Notes: generated from the sequence alone by a model not told the origin. DNA of 63,808 bases, filler included, from Phoronis australis (GCA_002633005.1; 15 parts of 15 records of this genome joined end to end with filler, not necessarily neighbours in it); one strand, 5' to 3'; shown: positions 13,010-26,719, counted from the whole stretch's first letter. A program made the numbers and translations.

Positions 13010-13793
13010 GACTCAGTAATCAGAGGTAAACGGGTGAAAATAGGTGATTGGAGGGAGAGCAGGTACAGAACCAGTAGGATTTTGTACAGGGACGTCAGGG
13101 AAGCACTAAACATAAGACAGATCTGCTGAAAATGAGGAAAGAGGCGCAAAAACGGGGGGCGCCCCTCAACCAAAAGGTTGGGAGCGGAGGTAACTTTCTT
13201 TCCCCAATATTCCAGGTGTAAACATCAATTAATTAACAATCAATTATTAAAACTTTCAGTGCACACACTTTGTTATAAAATGAAATTGAAAAATTAACAG
13301 ACTCTCATCCCCCCACCATCAAATATTTCCAGATCTTTGTTTCGAAAATCCGTACCTTACGACATTCTACATTCAAGCAANGGGGTAGATCTAGAATTTT
13401 TTAAACGGGGGGTTGGATTAAAGATTTTTAAGACGGGTGGCCCAAGTCGACAATTCAAAAATTTAACTTTGACATCACTAAAATTGAGGTAAATGGGGTT
13501 CCCGAACCTCTTTGACAAAGGATCCACGTGTGCTCAACTGCGTTGAGTAAATCTTTTGGGTATTTTTTTCATTCTTTACTCACTGTTTTTATATTATCGT
13601 TTTATGTTTATTACAAGCTCCTCTTTTGACTTATGACGTTTTGTAATAATGTATCTAAAACCCGAGCCCTTAAATCAGTCTCAATATTTAGGGACATAGT
13701 CCTTACATTAGGATCTTTGCACAAAAAGATCCTTACTTATTTTCAATAATATTGAGAATTCAACATAGAAAGCTCCCAAATATGCAGTATTTT

Positions 13794-13938
13794 CAGTGGC
13801 AGATCTAGGATATCACAAGGGGGGGGGCAACATTTTTTCCGGTTGTAAGCATTTGCGCAAACCACGATTGTAGATGCGCATAGCACCGAATGGGGGGAGG
13901 TAGGGAGGGGGGTTTGCCCCCCTCTAAATCCGCCTATG
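13794..13938 (+). mobile_element. Short MITE, inverted copy of 12870-13009
   Basis: CAGTGGCAGATCTAGGATATC...AAATCCGCCTATG. The same terminal family occurs at about 33676, 54494, 56597 and 58436. Confidence 0.75.
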
Positions 13939-15324
13939 CAGTTTTAAGGGAACAGAGTGGAGTCGCTATTTGGGACTGATTCATTGGGCCCAAGCATCCG
14001 TGCCTGATGGTATCTGAAAGAGCGAATTGGGGTTTGTTGTGCTGAATGAAACCGGATTCAAGAGGGGTAGGGGGTTGAAAACCAACAAGAGACAGAATTT
14101 CTGTCTACATCCCAATAAACCTGTCTTGTATGCCCATAGCCAAGATTCCTATTGAATACATAATCCATTTAGGGTAGCTTTTACGATGCGTTCCAGCTCC
14201 CGTAAACCATTCACGTTTCTTAAAATCAACTATCAGCAGCCTAAATCGCCAGGTAAAAGTGGACAAACTTCAAAGTAAATAACATAAGGACGTCTCATTT
14301 CCCGACTTGATGTTTTAAGACCCGTGTCAAAACAAAAATTTAAACAAACGACATCGTCACTGAGTGTAAAGGGGTTTCTAAGGTTATACACAAGCTACTG
14401 AAGTATCCACCAAAGTAGGAGTCAATATGCTATTAAAATAACACTTCCTTCGGCACTTCCTATGGAAAAAATATCAAGCAGGTTACCAAACCATACAATT
14501 AATATTTATTATGCACTGAAATCCATACCATGATTATATCATGTAAATTATTCCCCAACTACAGCCAGAATATTAACTGTATGGGATCACAAGAAATGAT
14601 TTAAATAAGTAATAGCGAACAAATAAAAACAATAAACAAATAAATATAAAAAATAAATAATACTAAATAAAGAATAAAGAATAGATAAAAGCAAATATTT
14701 GATAATATAACAATAATTAAGTTAGTAAATAAGCAGTTATAGTAAATATTATAATCTTTTAGATCTGAATGAAAGAAAGTACTCAATGGGCATAGAATAA
14801 ACTATTCAGTAGTTCCCAAAATCATGCAAACAACTAACGATTACTTTCTATATAAGCGATCAAATGCAGGGAGCAGTAAAAACATTAAGTTCAAATCACC
14901 CAGTCCATCGCTGGTTGACTGCCAGGAGTTTTACACAAAACCATTTTTTGTTTCAATCGCGAACATCATGCTGCAGCCGCAGGCATTGCAAAAAGCACCG
15001 TTGACTTTTTATCGACAGGAGCCGTCATGTCTTGCCATGTTCGTTTATTGCACACACGCCCGCTAGACGTCTCTACGGTCCATGAAACAACAATGACCGC
15101 CAGTGGCCGTCCAATGGGATTTCGCTAGGTGGTTTGTCTCCCTCTCTACGGTCTCTGGTAGGTGGCAGCGAATAGTTAGGCTGCGGCTGCGGCCGCGGCC
15201 AATTTGCACCTCCAAAATATTAAAAGTTTGGGGTAGGCCAAGTTTGGGGGTATTTTGTAGGTGGGCATTGCATGTAGGCTCAGTGAATGTGGTTTGTTTG
15301 TATTTGTGAACATGCTGACAATGA

Positions 15325-15597
<273 letters not shown>

Positions 15598-15624
15598 ACA
15601 CTTGGCTGCGTGTTTACAACCAAC

Positions 15625-15640
15625 GGCCCTTTTAAGGGCC
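15625..15640 (+). promoter_or_regulatory. Replication-dependent histone 3' stem-loop
   Basis: AAC GGCCCT TTTA AGGGCC ACCCA, followed by a purine-rich AAAAGGG downstream element. Confidence 0.92.
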
Positions 15641-16343
15641 ACCCACAATTTCCCAAAAGGGCTGTTCACTCATTTTTACAAACTCAACGTTCTTTCTATT
15701 TTGTATCTGATCTCGAGAGATGGAAAACACTGCTAATGCCGCTAATGGTTATTCGCGACATACGTTTGTTAGCACTTTAGTTCACGCTATCATTTCCTGG
15801 TTAAAGTTTCAGTTAACTGCTTTAATAATAATTTCTACCCAGTATAATCGTGTTCATGTCAAAGAATGCAGCTTGGCTTTACTTGCGAAGAACCTGCTTA
15901 ATGGAATGCTGATGTCGGAATGTCTCTGAATACAGTGACAGATTCTGACTGACGACTGATTGAAGGTCCTCGATACTGGGGCTCCCTCAACAATATTCAA
16001 GTCACGCGAAATTCACCTCAGAACTATAAAAAAAAAATCCTCTCAAGATAACCTCATAAACGTGTATTTGCGCCCATTTCAAACGGATAAACAACATGAC
16101 TGCACTTGTTTGACTTCGCCGAATGCAACGGGTCAACCGGCTAAGACATCTGAATAGCAAAGGTACCTAAACTACACGGTCAACGGACTCAAAAACACGG
16201 GAACGGACGCATGAACACGACTCACGGACCGGCAAAANNNNNNNNNNNNNNNNNNNNNNNNNNNNNNNNNNNNNNNNNNNNTTAATTAATTAANNNNNNN
16301 NNNNNNNNNNNNNNNNNNNNNNNNNNNNNNNNNNNNNTATCAG

Positions 16344-16387
16344 AAGCAGCGCCATCTATCACATTGATTTCCAGTCAGCAACATGTA
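16344..16387 (+). CDS. APEH: Acylamino-acid-releasing enzyme exon
   Basis: SSAIYHIDFQSATC, comparable to APEH RSALYYVDL; donor |gtaagt; in phase with the next exon. Confidence 0.7.
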
Positions 16388-17187
16388 GTAAGTGAGGCCT
16401 TTTTGTCTATTTTGTACTTAAGTTTTGTTTTATTATAGTCACATATGTTAGACACTGTTATGCTTTAATCCATTGTGCATGGAAAAAGGGCCGTTTTTTG
16501 CCAAATTATTTCAGCAGATATTATTAATAAGGTTTGTCTGTGTGTAGCATTGAGAGAGACTGGTTTAGCTCAAAAACGTATACTAATGCTTTTATTTATC
16601 AAATGAAATTGATTACTTACTTTTTCTTCAAAATCCGACTGGCATTTGATTGAGGATTTTTATGCTTGTATTTACCGGCGGATTCCCAAATGTCTGTGGA
16701 TTACCTGGTTTCTTTTGATTCAGGAATGTTTCGTGAAATGTCTGAAAGAAGTGTCACAGAGATTATCATTTGCAGCACAGTACACATCAAAAAAGTAAAT
16801 GGACAAAATTCCGCTTAACTGTCCAATTGGTAATGACCTGTCATGACAGGTTATGACCTGTCTTGACTGACAATGAACAGTCATGTCAAGTAATGACCTG
16901 CACACATCCTAACTGGTTATGACCAGTCATGACAGGTTATGAAGAGTCGTGTCAAGTAATGACTGGTAATGAACTCCACACATCCTGACTGGTTATGACC
17001 TGCCAAAGTGGGAATGTCCTCCTTTTCAGCTACTCTGACTGGAAAATAATTCACTTGCACTGCTCCATCATGACTGGGTATACTGCATACGCTCAGTTAT
17101 CATGTTAATGCCAGGTCATTTTTTGCGCGACTTTTGTGCTCATTTGAAACATTTGCTGAAGTTTGCCATTATTTTGTCTCTCTTCAG

Positions 17188-17309
17188 CTGTAGTGGGCTC
17201 CCTAGACCAGTCTGTTCGCAACCCTATCTTCAGCCCAGACAAAACCAAGTTGGTTTTCCTCCAGAATCCTGTCGGCGGCCCCCACATAAGGTGTTCACAG
17301 CTTGTACAG
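17188..17309 (+). CDS. APEH: APEH exon
   Basis: VVGSLDQSVRNPIFSPDKTKLVFLQNPVGGPHIRCSQLVQ; cttcag| and CAG|gttgg. Confidence 0.85.
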
Positions 17310-17464
17310 GTTGGAAGCTAATAACATGTAGTGTGGGCTGCATGAGACTTAATATGTTAATTCAGCTTAGATTTGCTTTAAACCTATTTTCTGTCTGAAA
17401 AAAACTTGTACCACTTATCTTTATAATTTGTCTCTGTAACTTCTTATCAATTACTTCCCTTCAC

Positions 17465-17840
17465 AGACTAGAAGTGAGTTTGTCAATACCTGTGGCCAGG
17501 GTCCCATCTCTGAACTCAGATTAGAAGTGAGCTTGTCAATACCTGTGGCCAGGGTCTCATCTCTGAACTCAGATTAGAAGTGAGCTTGTCAATACCTGTG
17601 CCCAGGGTCCCATCTCTGAACTCAGATTAGAAGTGAGCTTTTCAATACCTGTGCCCAGGGTCTCATCTCTGAACTCAGATTAGAAGTGAGCTTGTCAATA
17701 CCTGTGCCCAGGGTCTCATCTCTGAACTCAGATTAGAAGTGAGCTTTTCAATACCTGTGCCCAGGGTCTCATCTCTGAACTCAGATTAGAAGTGAGGTTG
17801 TCAATACCTGTGCCCAGGGTTTCATCTCTGAACTCAGACT
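17465..17840 (+). repeat. 53-bp tandem repeat, about 7 copies (second array 18600-18768)
   Basis: Unit tagaagtgagcttgtcaatacctgtg(g/c)ccagggtctcatctctgaactcagat, with no spacers. Confidence 0.95.
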
Positions 17841-19425
17841 CAAAAGCAAACTAATCATGCCACGTGATTGTCGTACAAATTTGTAAGTTTTCTCAAAGTA
17901 TGCAGTGCAATAGGTCAATTTTTGAGTTGCGTTATGATTACATAAAATAGTGACCCTGGCAGTTTATTATAAGTATCTGAAGCTATGTATAAAATGACCA
18001 GTTATGAGCCTCAAGAAGTTAGACTTACTGAGCCGTGTCTTGAGTTATAACAAATTGTAAATTCAGTTACCATTAAGGGTCTCCGAATTTTGAGAACCAG
18101 TTTTCTCCACTGAATAACAATAATCCAACTGGTTCTCAAAATCCAGGACTCTGTTGCTGTCAAATTTTCCCATGTCTAGAATTCACTTCTAATTTGAGGT
18201 GAGGAACAATTTGAGACCAATAAAGACTGGTAATTATTTCAGACCAAGCTTGTAATGGTAACATTTTAAGTTTTTCACGCAAGACATATTTGTTGCAGCC
18301 TTGTGATATATGAGAAACTTCCTTTGTGACCTTGACCTTATGGCTAATCCAGATTATTGTCTCAAAAGACTGTCTCGTTTTTTCACAAAGTTGCACTTAG
18401 TTTTCTATTCCTTAGGTGTCTAAAGCTCATTTTTCAACAGTGACAATCTGACAGAGATGTATTTATGCTCTCACATATTATGTGGGTGCATATTGCCGTC
18501 ATCTCGGTCTGGGCGTCCAGGGTCTGCAGCTGTATCTCTTAAATTCCTCACAGGATCTTGATAAAATTTGGCAGATTTGTTTCTTTGAAGCTGACGATNA
18601 ACTCAGATTAGAAGTGAGCTTGTCAATACATGTGGCCAGGGTCTCATCTCTGAACTCAGATTAGAAGTGAGCTTGTCAATACCTGTGCCCAGGGTCTCAT
18701 CTCTGAGCTCAGACTAGAAGTGAGCTTGTCAATACCTGTGGCCAGGGTTTCATCTCTGAACTCAGACTCAAAAGCAAATTAATCATGCCACTTGATTGTC
18801 ATACAAATTTGCAAGTTTTCTCGAAGTATGCAATGCAATAGGTCAATTTTTAGTTACATTATGATTACATAAAATAGTGACCCTGGCAGTTTATTATAAG
18901 TATCTGAAGCTACGTATAAAATGACCGGTTATGAGCCTCAAGAAGTTAGACTTACTGAGCCTTGTCTTGAGTTATAACAAATTGTAAATTCAGTTACCAT
19001 TAAGGGGCTCCGAATTTTGAGAACCAGTTTTCTCCACTGAATAACAAGAATCCAACTGGTTCTCAAAATCCAGGACTCTGTTTCTGTCAAATTTTCCCAT
19101 GTCTAGAATTCACTTCTAATTTGAGGTGAGGAACAATTTGAGACCAATAAAGACTGGTAATTATTTCAGACAAGGCTTGTAATGGAAAGAACCAGATTTA
19201 TTTCAGACCAAGCTTGTAATGGTAACATTTTAAGTTTTTCACACAAGACATATTTGTTGCAGCCTTGTGATATATGAGAAACTTCCTTTGTGACCTTGAC
19301 CTTATGGCTAATCCAGATTGTTGTCTCAAAAGACTGTCTCGTTTTTTCACAAACTTGCACTTAGTTTTCTATTCCTTAGGTGTCTAAAGCTCATTTTTCA
19401 ACAGTGACAATCTGACAGAGATGTA

Positions 19426-20258
19426 TTTATGCTCTCACATATTATGTGGGTGCATATTGCTGTCATCTCGGTCTGGGCGTCCAGCGTCTGCAGCTGTATC
19501 TCTTAAATTCCTCACAGGATCTTGATAAAATTTGGCAGATTTGTTTCTTTGAAGCTGACGATGGATGACGACAAATTTCAGACCTCTCCAATTACCGGTG
19601 TGCCCCCTAGTGGCACTTTTAGTTTTTTTACGCTTACATATTCTGTATCTTGAAAGGTCCTCAACGGATTTTTATGAAATATGGCACATAGACATCAATT
19701 AGATTACGCTACCCTCCCGCTTTCGGATGGATTCGAGTTATTTTCCGCATCCCAGTGGCCATTTTTGCTGTTTTTTGGCGTCCGCCTCTCTATCAACCAA
19801 ACCTTTCTAAGTATGATTGTAAATATCTGCATGTATGTTCTTAGTGTGAAGAGGACGGTTGACGATGATTTTGCGACAACTTCAACTACTGTGGTGCCTC
19901 TTGGTGGCAGTTTTTGTACCTGTAGCTGTATCTACTAAACCCATTGCAGGAGCTTTATTAAAGTTGGGAAGTGTATTCATATGAAGTTGACCCGAGACGA
20001 CGACAATTTTCAGTTGGATTGGATGAACGCTATGTCCCCTAGTGGCAATTTCATTTTCTTCCATTTTCCTCTGTTTCTCTGAATTTGCTTGATGGATTTT
20101 GTTGAAATTTAATAAATTGCTTTCTATTAACATGACATGTTCTCGTTTTCGAACATATTTTGCACCATCTAGTGGCCATTTTTATGACACACTCATAGAA
20201 GCACACAGTTTGCGGTGCATTTTGTGGATGCATTTTAATGCTCTGCGTCGCTCTTGTT
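19426..20258. mobile_element. Non-autonomous Helitron/Helentron-type (HINE-like) repeat
   Basis: Terminal hairpin atgctctcacatattatgtgggtgcat, internal ctagtggc repeats, ends CTTGTT; reverse-complement homologue of 50138-51740. Confidence 0.7.
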
Positions 20259-20485
20259 CATATTACTGCAGTGACAAAGGCTTCAGTCTTGTCATCTTCA
20301 GAAGCGGAAAACATTTGACAATTTTTTGTCATTTTAGGATGAGAACATGAAACTTTTAGACTTAAGAGTTCGTAACTGAATTTCAAAAGTCTTGACAATC
20401 AGTTTTGAGTTCATCTAGAAACTGTCTTCGTGTCACTGAACTTGCTTTATATGGTGTGTACTAAACACATGGATTTCTATTTTAG

Positions 20486-20540
20486 TGTGACTGGCAGACA
20501 AAGTGTTGTTCAGTCATAGTAGACATCTTACATAAACCAG
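20486..20540 (+). CDS. APEH: APEH exon
   Basis: CDWQTKCCSVIVDILHKP, comparable to YDWYTKVTSVVVDVV; ttttag| and G|gtaaag. Confidence 0.85.
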
Positions 20541-21044
20541 GTAAAGTATTTAATTACACGGTGAGCACAGTTGTTGGTTGTATCATGATCACATAATGAC
20601 TTGTGTTTCAAGTTACGATGAAATAAGAATGGAGCAATCTATCAAGTCAAAAATATCAGCTGTAAGCTCCGTCCTGGTGACAGCATAGATTTACTTCAGG
20701 ATTCAATTTTTTGTAACACGTTTCAAAATTAAATGAAAACATTGGGCATTCGCTGTTGAGTTCAACTACGGTACGAGTTAGCAAAAAATCATTTGATATT
20801 ACTTCAATCTTTAACTTTGACTTTTGGAGGAATGATCAACCTCAGTAATGTTTATTTTGTGTTGTTTAGTCTCTATTTCTTTCTTAAACCTATGCTAATA
20901 GTCAACAGAGAACAAATAATGGTTAATAAAATATTAAATCTGTACCTGCCAGTGAAATAATATGAAGGAATCTCTGGCAAATGAAATTTAAGTTTTCACT
21001 ATGTCAGGTTCATGCGATTATAGATTCATTTCCTTTTGTTGTAG

Positions 21045-21148
21045 AAAGTGAAGATTTCCAAGGTCTATTCCTTCTCTCTCTGGCGCCGCGGTGTTGGATG
21101 AAGGACAGCGCAAGGCTTGTTCTTCAGTCATATTGTCGCAGTAAACAG
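21045..21148 (+). CDS. APEH: APEH exon
   Basis: SEDFQGLFLLSLAPRCWMKDSARLVLQSYCRSKQ, comparable to FSGIYCSLLPLGCWSADSQRVV; restores the phase between the flanking exons. Confidence 0.88.
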
Positions 21149-21818
21149 GTACACTCCTAACAGGTATACAAGTACAGTAAAAAGGTACACATATAAACAG
21201 GTACACACAAACAGGTACACTCAAACGGGTACACACAAATGGGTATGCACAAACGGGTATGCACAAACACAACAACTACTGTAACAGTAAATGACTTCAG
21301 TTAGGGACGCAACATGGTCAAAAGTCTTCAGTTTTGGGACACATTATGGTGGACATATGAAATTTTACTTTGTACTTTGTAAAATTTTTCAACAAAACTG
21401 ACTCAGAAAATTATATTTTGCTTTTAACCTTTTTTGTATGCCATTGTTGTTGCAAAAACATTTGGTTACATTTTACCCATTTGTAACGATGTTAAATAAG
21501 CCTCTGAGAAACAGAAAATTGGCAATTTTTTTAAAATTATTTTTTTCCAGTTTGGAAAAAATTTACAGGAGAAGAATCTCAGAAGAAAATAAGCATCAGT
21601 AGAGAACTAAGCTCACAATGTTGTCACGTGCTTTTGGAAACTGCACAGTCATGGCACGCGGTAGTGCAAGAACTTGCACCCTCTTACGTGGCTGGTCGCA
21701 GGATTTTCAGTGTCATGTTAAAAGTACCGATATGATTTTTATGCATTGTGACTTGAGTGGATAAATGTTGTCTGCTTCATTGTAAAGTTGTGAAGCTGTC
21801 CTGTCTTCACTATTTCAG

Positions 21819-21870
21819 GAGTTGTTCATCGTCAACACAGACACGAGAAGCATTACTAGACTAACTAAAG
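21819..21870 (+). CDS. APEH: APEH exon
   Basis: ELFIVNTDTRSITRLTK; tttcag| and G|gtag. Confidence 0.85.
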
Positions 21871-22513
21871 GTAGAGCTGATATCTGTTATTATAAAACGC
21901 GCTGTGCTTTTTATTTGTCAGTGCAGAAAAAAGGTTCTTACTCTTGTTATTTCTAGCTCCAGTTTCAGTAGCACGAGTAGGAGAGAGTTTCAACTTGTGT
22001 TGTATTCAGTCCTAGTCCACTATGGCTTACTTCCCAGCAGCACCCGGTATTGCCATGACCTTTCATTTCAAAGCTCACCACTCTAGACAATATAGACACT
22101 GGGTGTTTGAGTTCACAGAGTAATGTTGTTACCCAGTGAATGATTACAACTCACATATACTAAGGTATAGTGTTATACAACGCCCCCTGGTGCTGGACAC
22201 TCATATACTTCACTGTATTCTATTCAAGTCATTTTGCCTCTAACTTCTTCTTTTCCTTTAAAATTGTATCATTTGGGATATCACTTTAGTAGTGATTGTT
22301 ATCATCTCGTACATTATTTAACTGTGTAGTAGTAACTGTTATACTTTGGACCACCAGGCGTGGTTACTTTGCGAATATTAAATGTGTCAAAAGGTCAATG
22401 CTTCAATCCGATGCCGTCACGCGTTTAGCCAGCTACAGTCAGTGTGCAGACGACAAAAGTAATCAGAGAAAATACTCTTTGCCCATCATAACTGTTTCAC
22501 TGGTACTTTCTAG

Positions 22514-22602
22514 ATGACAAGATTGGCACCTGGTCTCTGCTGGACGTTCATGATGACATTATCGTGGCATCTGCCGCATCACCATCAAGTCCAGGCAAGT
22601 TG
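22514..22602 (+). CDS. APEH: APEH exon
   Basis: DKIGTWSLLDVHDDIIVASAASPSSPGKL; ttctag| and |gtgagt. Confidence 0.88.
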
Positions 22603-22954
22603 GTGAGTTGAATTGTTGACATGATTTATGAAGGATGCTTACATAGAGCAGACACCATTTTGTGAGAGAGGGAATTTTAACCATGTATCTTTGTTGAGCA
22701 TTCAGCGTAGTGTTATTCATTTTGGATAATTTTCCATACGATTAGGAAATTCTATTTGTTGTATCATTTACAGAAATTTTGTCTCTGGATTCTTGAGTCC
22801 TTTCCTTTTAGAGTGATGACCTTGACAAATTGTGTGTCAGCCGGAAAGATGAACATAACTGCAGCAATGTCAATGTTTTTCAATTTGACAGTTTCTGAGG
22901 CAGTGTATCTCTTTAATACCTTTATTGGTCTTTTAATATTATGATTTTATGCAG

Positions 22955-23108
22955 GTGTTTGGTTTTTTACCTGGTGTGGGTGAGGAGCAAAGTATAAAAT
23001 GGTGTTCTTTAGACCAAGAGGAGGCACAGCTGGAGGATGTATGCTGGACCATACTGAAGCACCATGTGCCTGAAGGTCATGTGAACAGAGGCAAGGATGG
23101 GTATTATG
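22955..23108 (+). CDS. APEH: APEH exon
   Basis: VFGFLPGVGEEQSIKWCSLD...W, comparable to VGFLPSAGKEQSVLWVSL; G|gtaagt donor. Confidence 0.88.
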
Positions 23109-24543
23109 GTAAGTGTTCATTGTGTTGGGGCATCAGAATAAGCACATATTTAGAAAGGATGAAATATAAGGTGACAGAAAGTCATGCGAATGCAGGCAGG
23201 GGTATGGGTGTTTTGGTGAGCTTTACCTTAGCGTTCACATGTTGTTGTACACCTTGGTGTCAGAATGCTGTGTGAACGGAGTCAAAAATGAGTATTGGGA
23301 ATTTTATGGGGATGGCTTTGTACTTAAATATTTCAAGTAATGAGAAGTAGTTCCTATTTATTTAAATATCCTCTTTTCATGCATAATGTGCTCTACATAT
23401 AATAAACATCTCCCATTTTGTTTCAACTCTAGATGGCTGACTGTTTTCAGTTCAGATATCAATCTGGTCTGCTGTTTTGGCTAAAAAGCATTCGCAGCAA
23501 TCTTGTGTCTAGTATCGCGCATACCAGGACCATGTCCATTTATCTACCATGCTTCACAGGGTCACTGTCTACCAATCAAAACGTTTCTATCGTTGAGGTC
23601 ATTGCTCATGTTATTAATCCTTTGTTTCACACTAATACAACATTTCCCATAATATCATGTCATTGGCAAACAAATTTCTGTTATGAAGGTGATGGCACCT
23701 TTCGTTTTTGTGATGGATTGGACGTATTCTGCTCCAAGTAGTGGTCATTTTAATTTTTTTTACTTTGATTTTTGTCATATGCTTCTGTATCTGCCAAACT
23801 GTGCAGAGGATCATCATAACAAGAGCATGACTGGTGTAGATTTTCTAATGTGCCCAATCGCTGTGGTGCCCCCTGTTATGTCCTGGTATGATTCATATGG
23901 ACCGAGTGCAGACCATAGGAAGTGACGACATATTCTTCTAATGATCAGTGCATCTGACTTCATATTTTCTGAGAGTATCCTTGTTTATTGGCAATATCCG
24001 ACACCTTATTTGGTAATATTTATAGCTTGAAGAATCCTCTATATAAGTATTATTGTTTGTAGTTAAGTTAGTTCCAATAAAGTATTTGACACAGCAAGGC
24101 TTATATTCTGACTTCGTAATATCAGAATATTACACCCCCTAGTGACATATTTTCATAACTGTATCTCTTACACCCCTTGCAAGATGATTTTGAAGCTTGC
24201 AGTTGTATTCCTATTAACTTGGAAGCAGATGGACAAATGTGACTAACACTGTCGTTCCTAATGGCAGTTTGTTTCTTAATATGTTAATTGCCTTCATATC
24301 TTTGGAATTCTTTGTCGGATTTTCATGAAATTTGGAGAATAGTTTTGAAAGACGATGACACCTTCCTATTTTTGGATGGGTTCAGATTATTCTGTGCCAT
24401 CTAATGGTCATTTTTATGATACAAACAAACACCCCTAAAAGCAACACCGTTTTTAGTGGAGTCGTGGGTGCATTTCAACGTTTCTCATTAATCTGACTTG
24501 TTCTAATGGAGAAGAAACTTATAACAATCACACATTTAGGGTG

Positions 24544-24700
24544 CAGGGCTCGACATAACGAGCTGCAGGTCGCATTTGCGACCTGAAATTTGGAAATGCG
24601 AGCTGAGATTTTTGTCAGCTCGTATCAAGTCGCAAAATGCGACCTGGAATTTCCAACGAATGCGAGCTGAGTTTTTACACTTCTCAACAGTTACCTGGCA
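24544..24700 (+). mobile_element. hAT-like transposon terminus (truncated by contig end)
   Basis: Begins CAGGGCTCGAC, with multiple subterminal TGCGACC/TGCGAGC motifs in both orientations. Confidence 0.5.
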
Positions 24701-25551
24701 NNNNNNNNNNNNNNNNNNNNNNNNNNNNNNNNNNNNNNNNNNNNTTAATTAATTAANNNNNNNNNNNNNNNNNNNNNNNNNNNNNNNNNNNNNNNNNNNN
24801 GCTGTTTTGCTCCGTGGCTGCTGTGGGACTGATACTCTGCAGGATTATTCATTAATAAACTAAATAAGCTACAGCTTATGAGCCTCGAACAAAATAGGCC
24901 TCCTGTCCCGCGGACTATCGAAAATGAAAATTCTGTGACGACCGGAGTGCAGACCATACCATCAGAGCCCTAGATGTTTATAGCTTAGGGCCCCCAAGAA
25001 CTCGGAACTGAACATACCATTTTTATTTTCAATTGTCTTTCAAACTGTACGTATGTATTTGAAAACAGGACTGTACGTGTACAATTCTTTGCACGTGTTC
25101 TCTTGACATATTACCGTAGGCAGTTGCCGATCGCCTAGCAGACATACATGTAAATTTACAGAAACAGTGCTTAAAATCTAAAATTCGCCCCGTTTACTGA
25201 GCTGGCTAAAACGAAATCGAATTAGCCCTTTTACTCTCATAAGATCCACCTCACATTAATATTCACCGTGATAGGGTTCTATTTCCATTACCAACAAAAA
25301 CCTGAAACCATCTGCGAGTTAAGAAAACGTTTCAGAGCTTATTGAGCTTGGCCAACCCTAAATTGCGAATTGGAAAATGGCGTAGATACGCTTTGCCTGT
25401 TGCTTAAATTGCTAATGGAGATGTAATTAGTGAAGACTGATTTTACGAGAAAGCCTCATTCGGTTTTCGTTTTTTTTTTTTTTAGCTAGGGTGAAATGCG
25501 ACTTGAAATCTACAATGCAAACGTATCATTTGTATATTATGCAGTACTCAC

Positions 25552-25791
25552 CTTTGCAATCACCGTTGGCCAGTAACCCGTTAATGCCCGTGGACTCGTA
25601 CTTGTACCAGAAGCTGACTGAAACCTTTTGCTTGAACTGGTAATTACTGAAAAAGGGCACTTCTATTGTGGATTTTCCGTCAAACGTGGCTGCACCATTG
25701 ATGATCTTGACGCCCCCGCTGTCAACATAACTGAAAGCGTTGCCCTTATTTCTGAAGTCGGTTGATAGAGGGAGGTGGGCCAAATCACAAT
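25552..25791 (-). CDS. Pif/BMSP-like protein, laminin-G/ConA-like domain exon
   Basis: CDLAHLPLSTDFRNKG...VKIINGAATFDGKSTIEVPFFSNYQF...VSVSFWYK...GLLANGDC; phase 1-1 exon. Confidence 0.8.
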
Positions 25792-26138
25792 CTGGAAAAA
25801 TTACTCATTCCATTTAGTGCCCACTCTAAGCGCTGTTTATGGTTCCAAATTGACTTGCGACAAAGATGAGGAGCGCAATGCTAAGCATAATATCGTCTGG
25901 TCATCTACAGTCAAAGAAATGTTTGTAACGAACGCTTAGGGGCGCTTCTCTTTGGTTGGTTTCAAGTATTGGTAAGAAGAAAAGACCCAATGTTCAGATC
26001 GTATGTTAAAATTTCCTTTTTCAACTATCTCATTCCAACGCTTTAAGAAATTGCAGGAAGCACCTTAGTAGGTACTTCTGCTTATGTTCGCTACACCAGA
26101 CCGTGCACATTGATAATCGTGCTGCAGCAATGACTTAC

Positions 26139-26306
26139 TGGTTGGTATCACGGTTTCCGAAGAGCACAGGCAAGTCTTAATCAAGAACACAGTTCCAGCG
26201 GGGCAAGTGTATCCTGGCAACAGTCGCTTATTCAAGTACACAAGGTAGTAGCGTCTCGGGTCTACCTCGTCCTTTTCGTACACCCACGCCGCCCTCTTAC
26301 AGGTAT
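26139..26306 (-). CDS. Pif-like protein, chitin-binding-like exon
   Basis: DTCKR...DPRRYYLV...TCPAGTVFLIKTCLC; phase 1-1. Confidence 0.8.
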
Positions 26307-26512
26307 CTACACGAATGAAACAGCGAATGAGTTGTCGGTTGCTGACCGTACACCTAACCCTGTTAGTGATGGTGCTACAGCCAAGACACAGGCTCTTCAC
26401 AGCCTCGAATCCAATTTTATTAAAATGATATAATTCCAGGTCTATCGCAAAAATAAATGCAAAATCAGAATGAAAACGTTCGTCATCTTATCACTGAATT
26501 CACGTCATTTAC

Positions 26513-26719
26513 CTCCTCCCTTTGACGTGACGCCAGGCGTCGTAGTTGTGGTGGTGGGAGACAAAGTCGTCAAGTCACACGTGTCGGCGCAACCGTTGTC
26601 AACGCAACTTTGTTTCAGAAAATTAAAACCTGTTCCTGAGGCACAACATGTAAGTTGCCCCGACCTCGCTCTACAGACGTAGTACGCTGCACAGTTGCCA
26701 ATATAAGGCTGTTTTGTCA
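26513..26719 (-). CDS. Pif-like protein, chitin-binding-like exon plus Thr-rich linker
   Basis: PYIGNCAAYYVC...CCASGTGFNFLKQSCVDNGCADTC then TTLSPTTTTTTP; phase 1-1. Confidence 0.8.

Noticed and set aside
17465-18768. 53-bp repeats resembling a CRISPR array
   Set aside because: Head-to-tail units without unique spacers, no cas genes, and located in an APEH intron.
17841-19563. Roughly 0.8-kb tandem duplication in an APEH intron
   Set aside because: The copies are joined at a single n (18599) and differ by scattered SNPs and one small indel, which fits two haplotypes written in tandem by the assembler.
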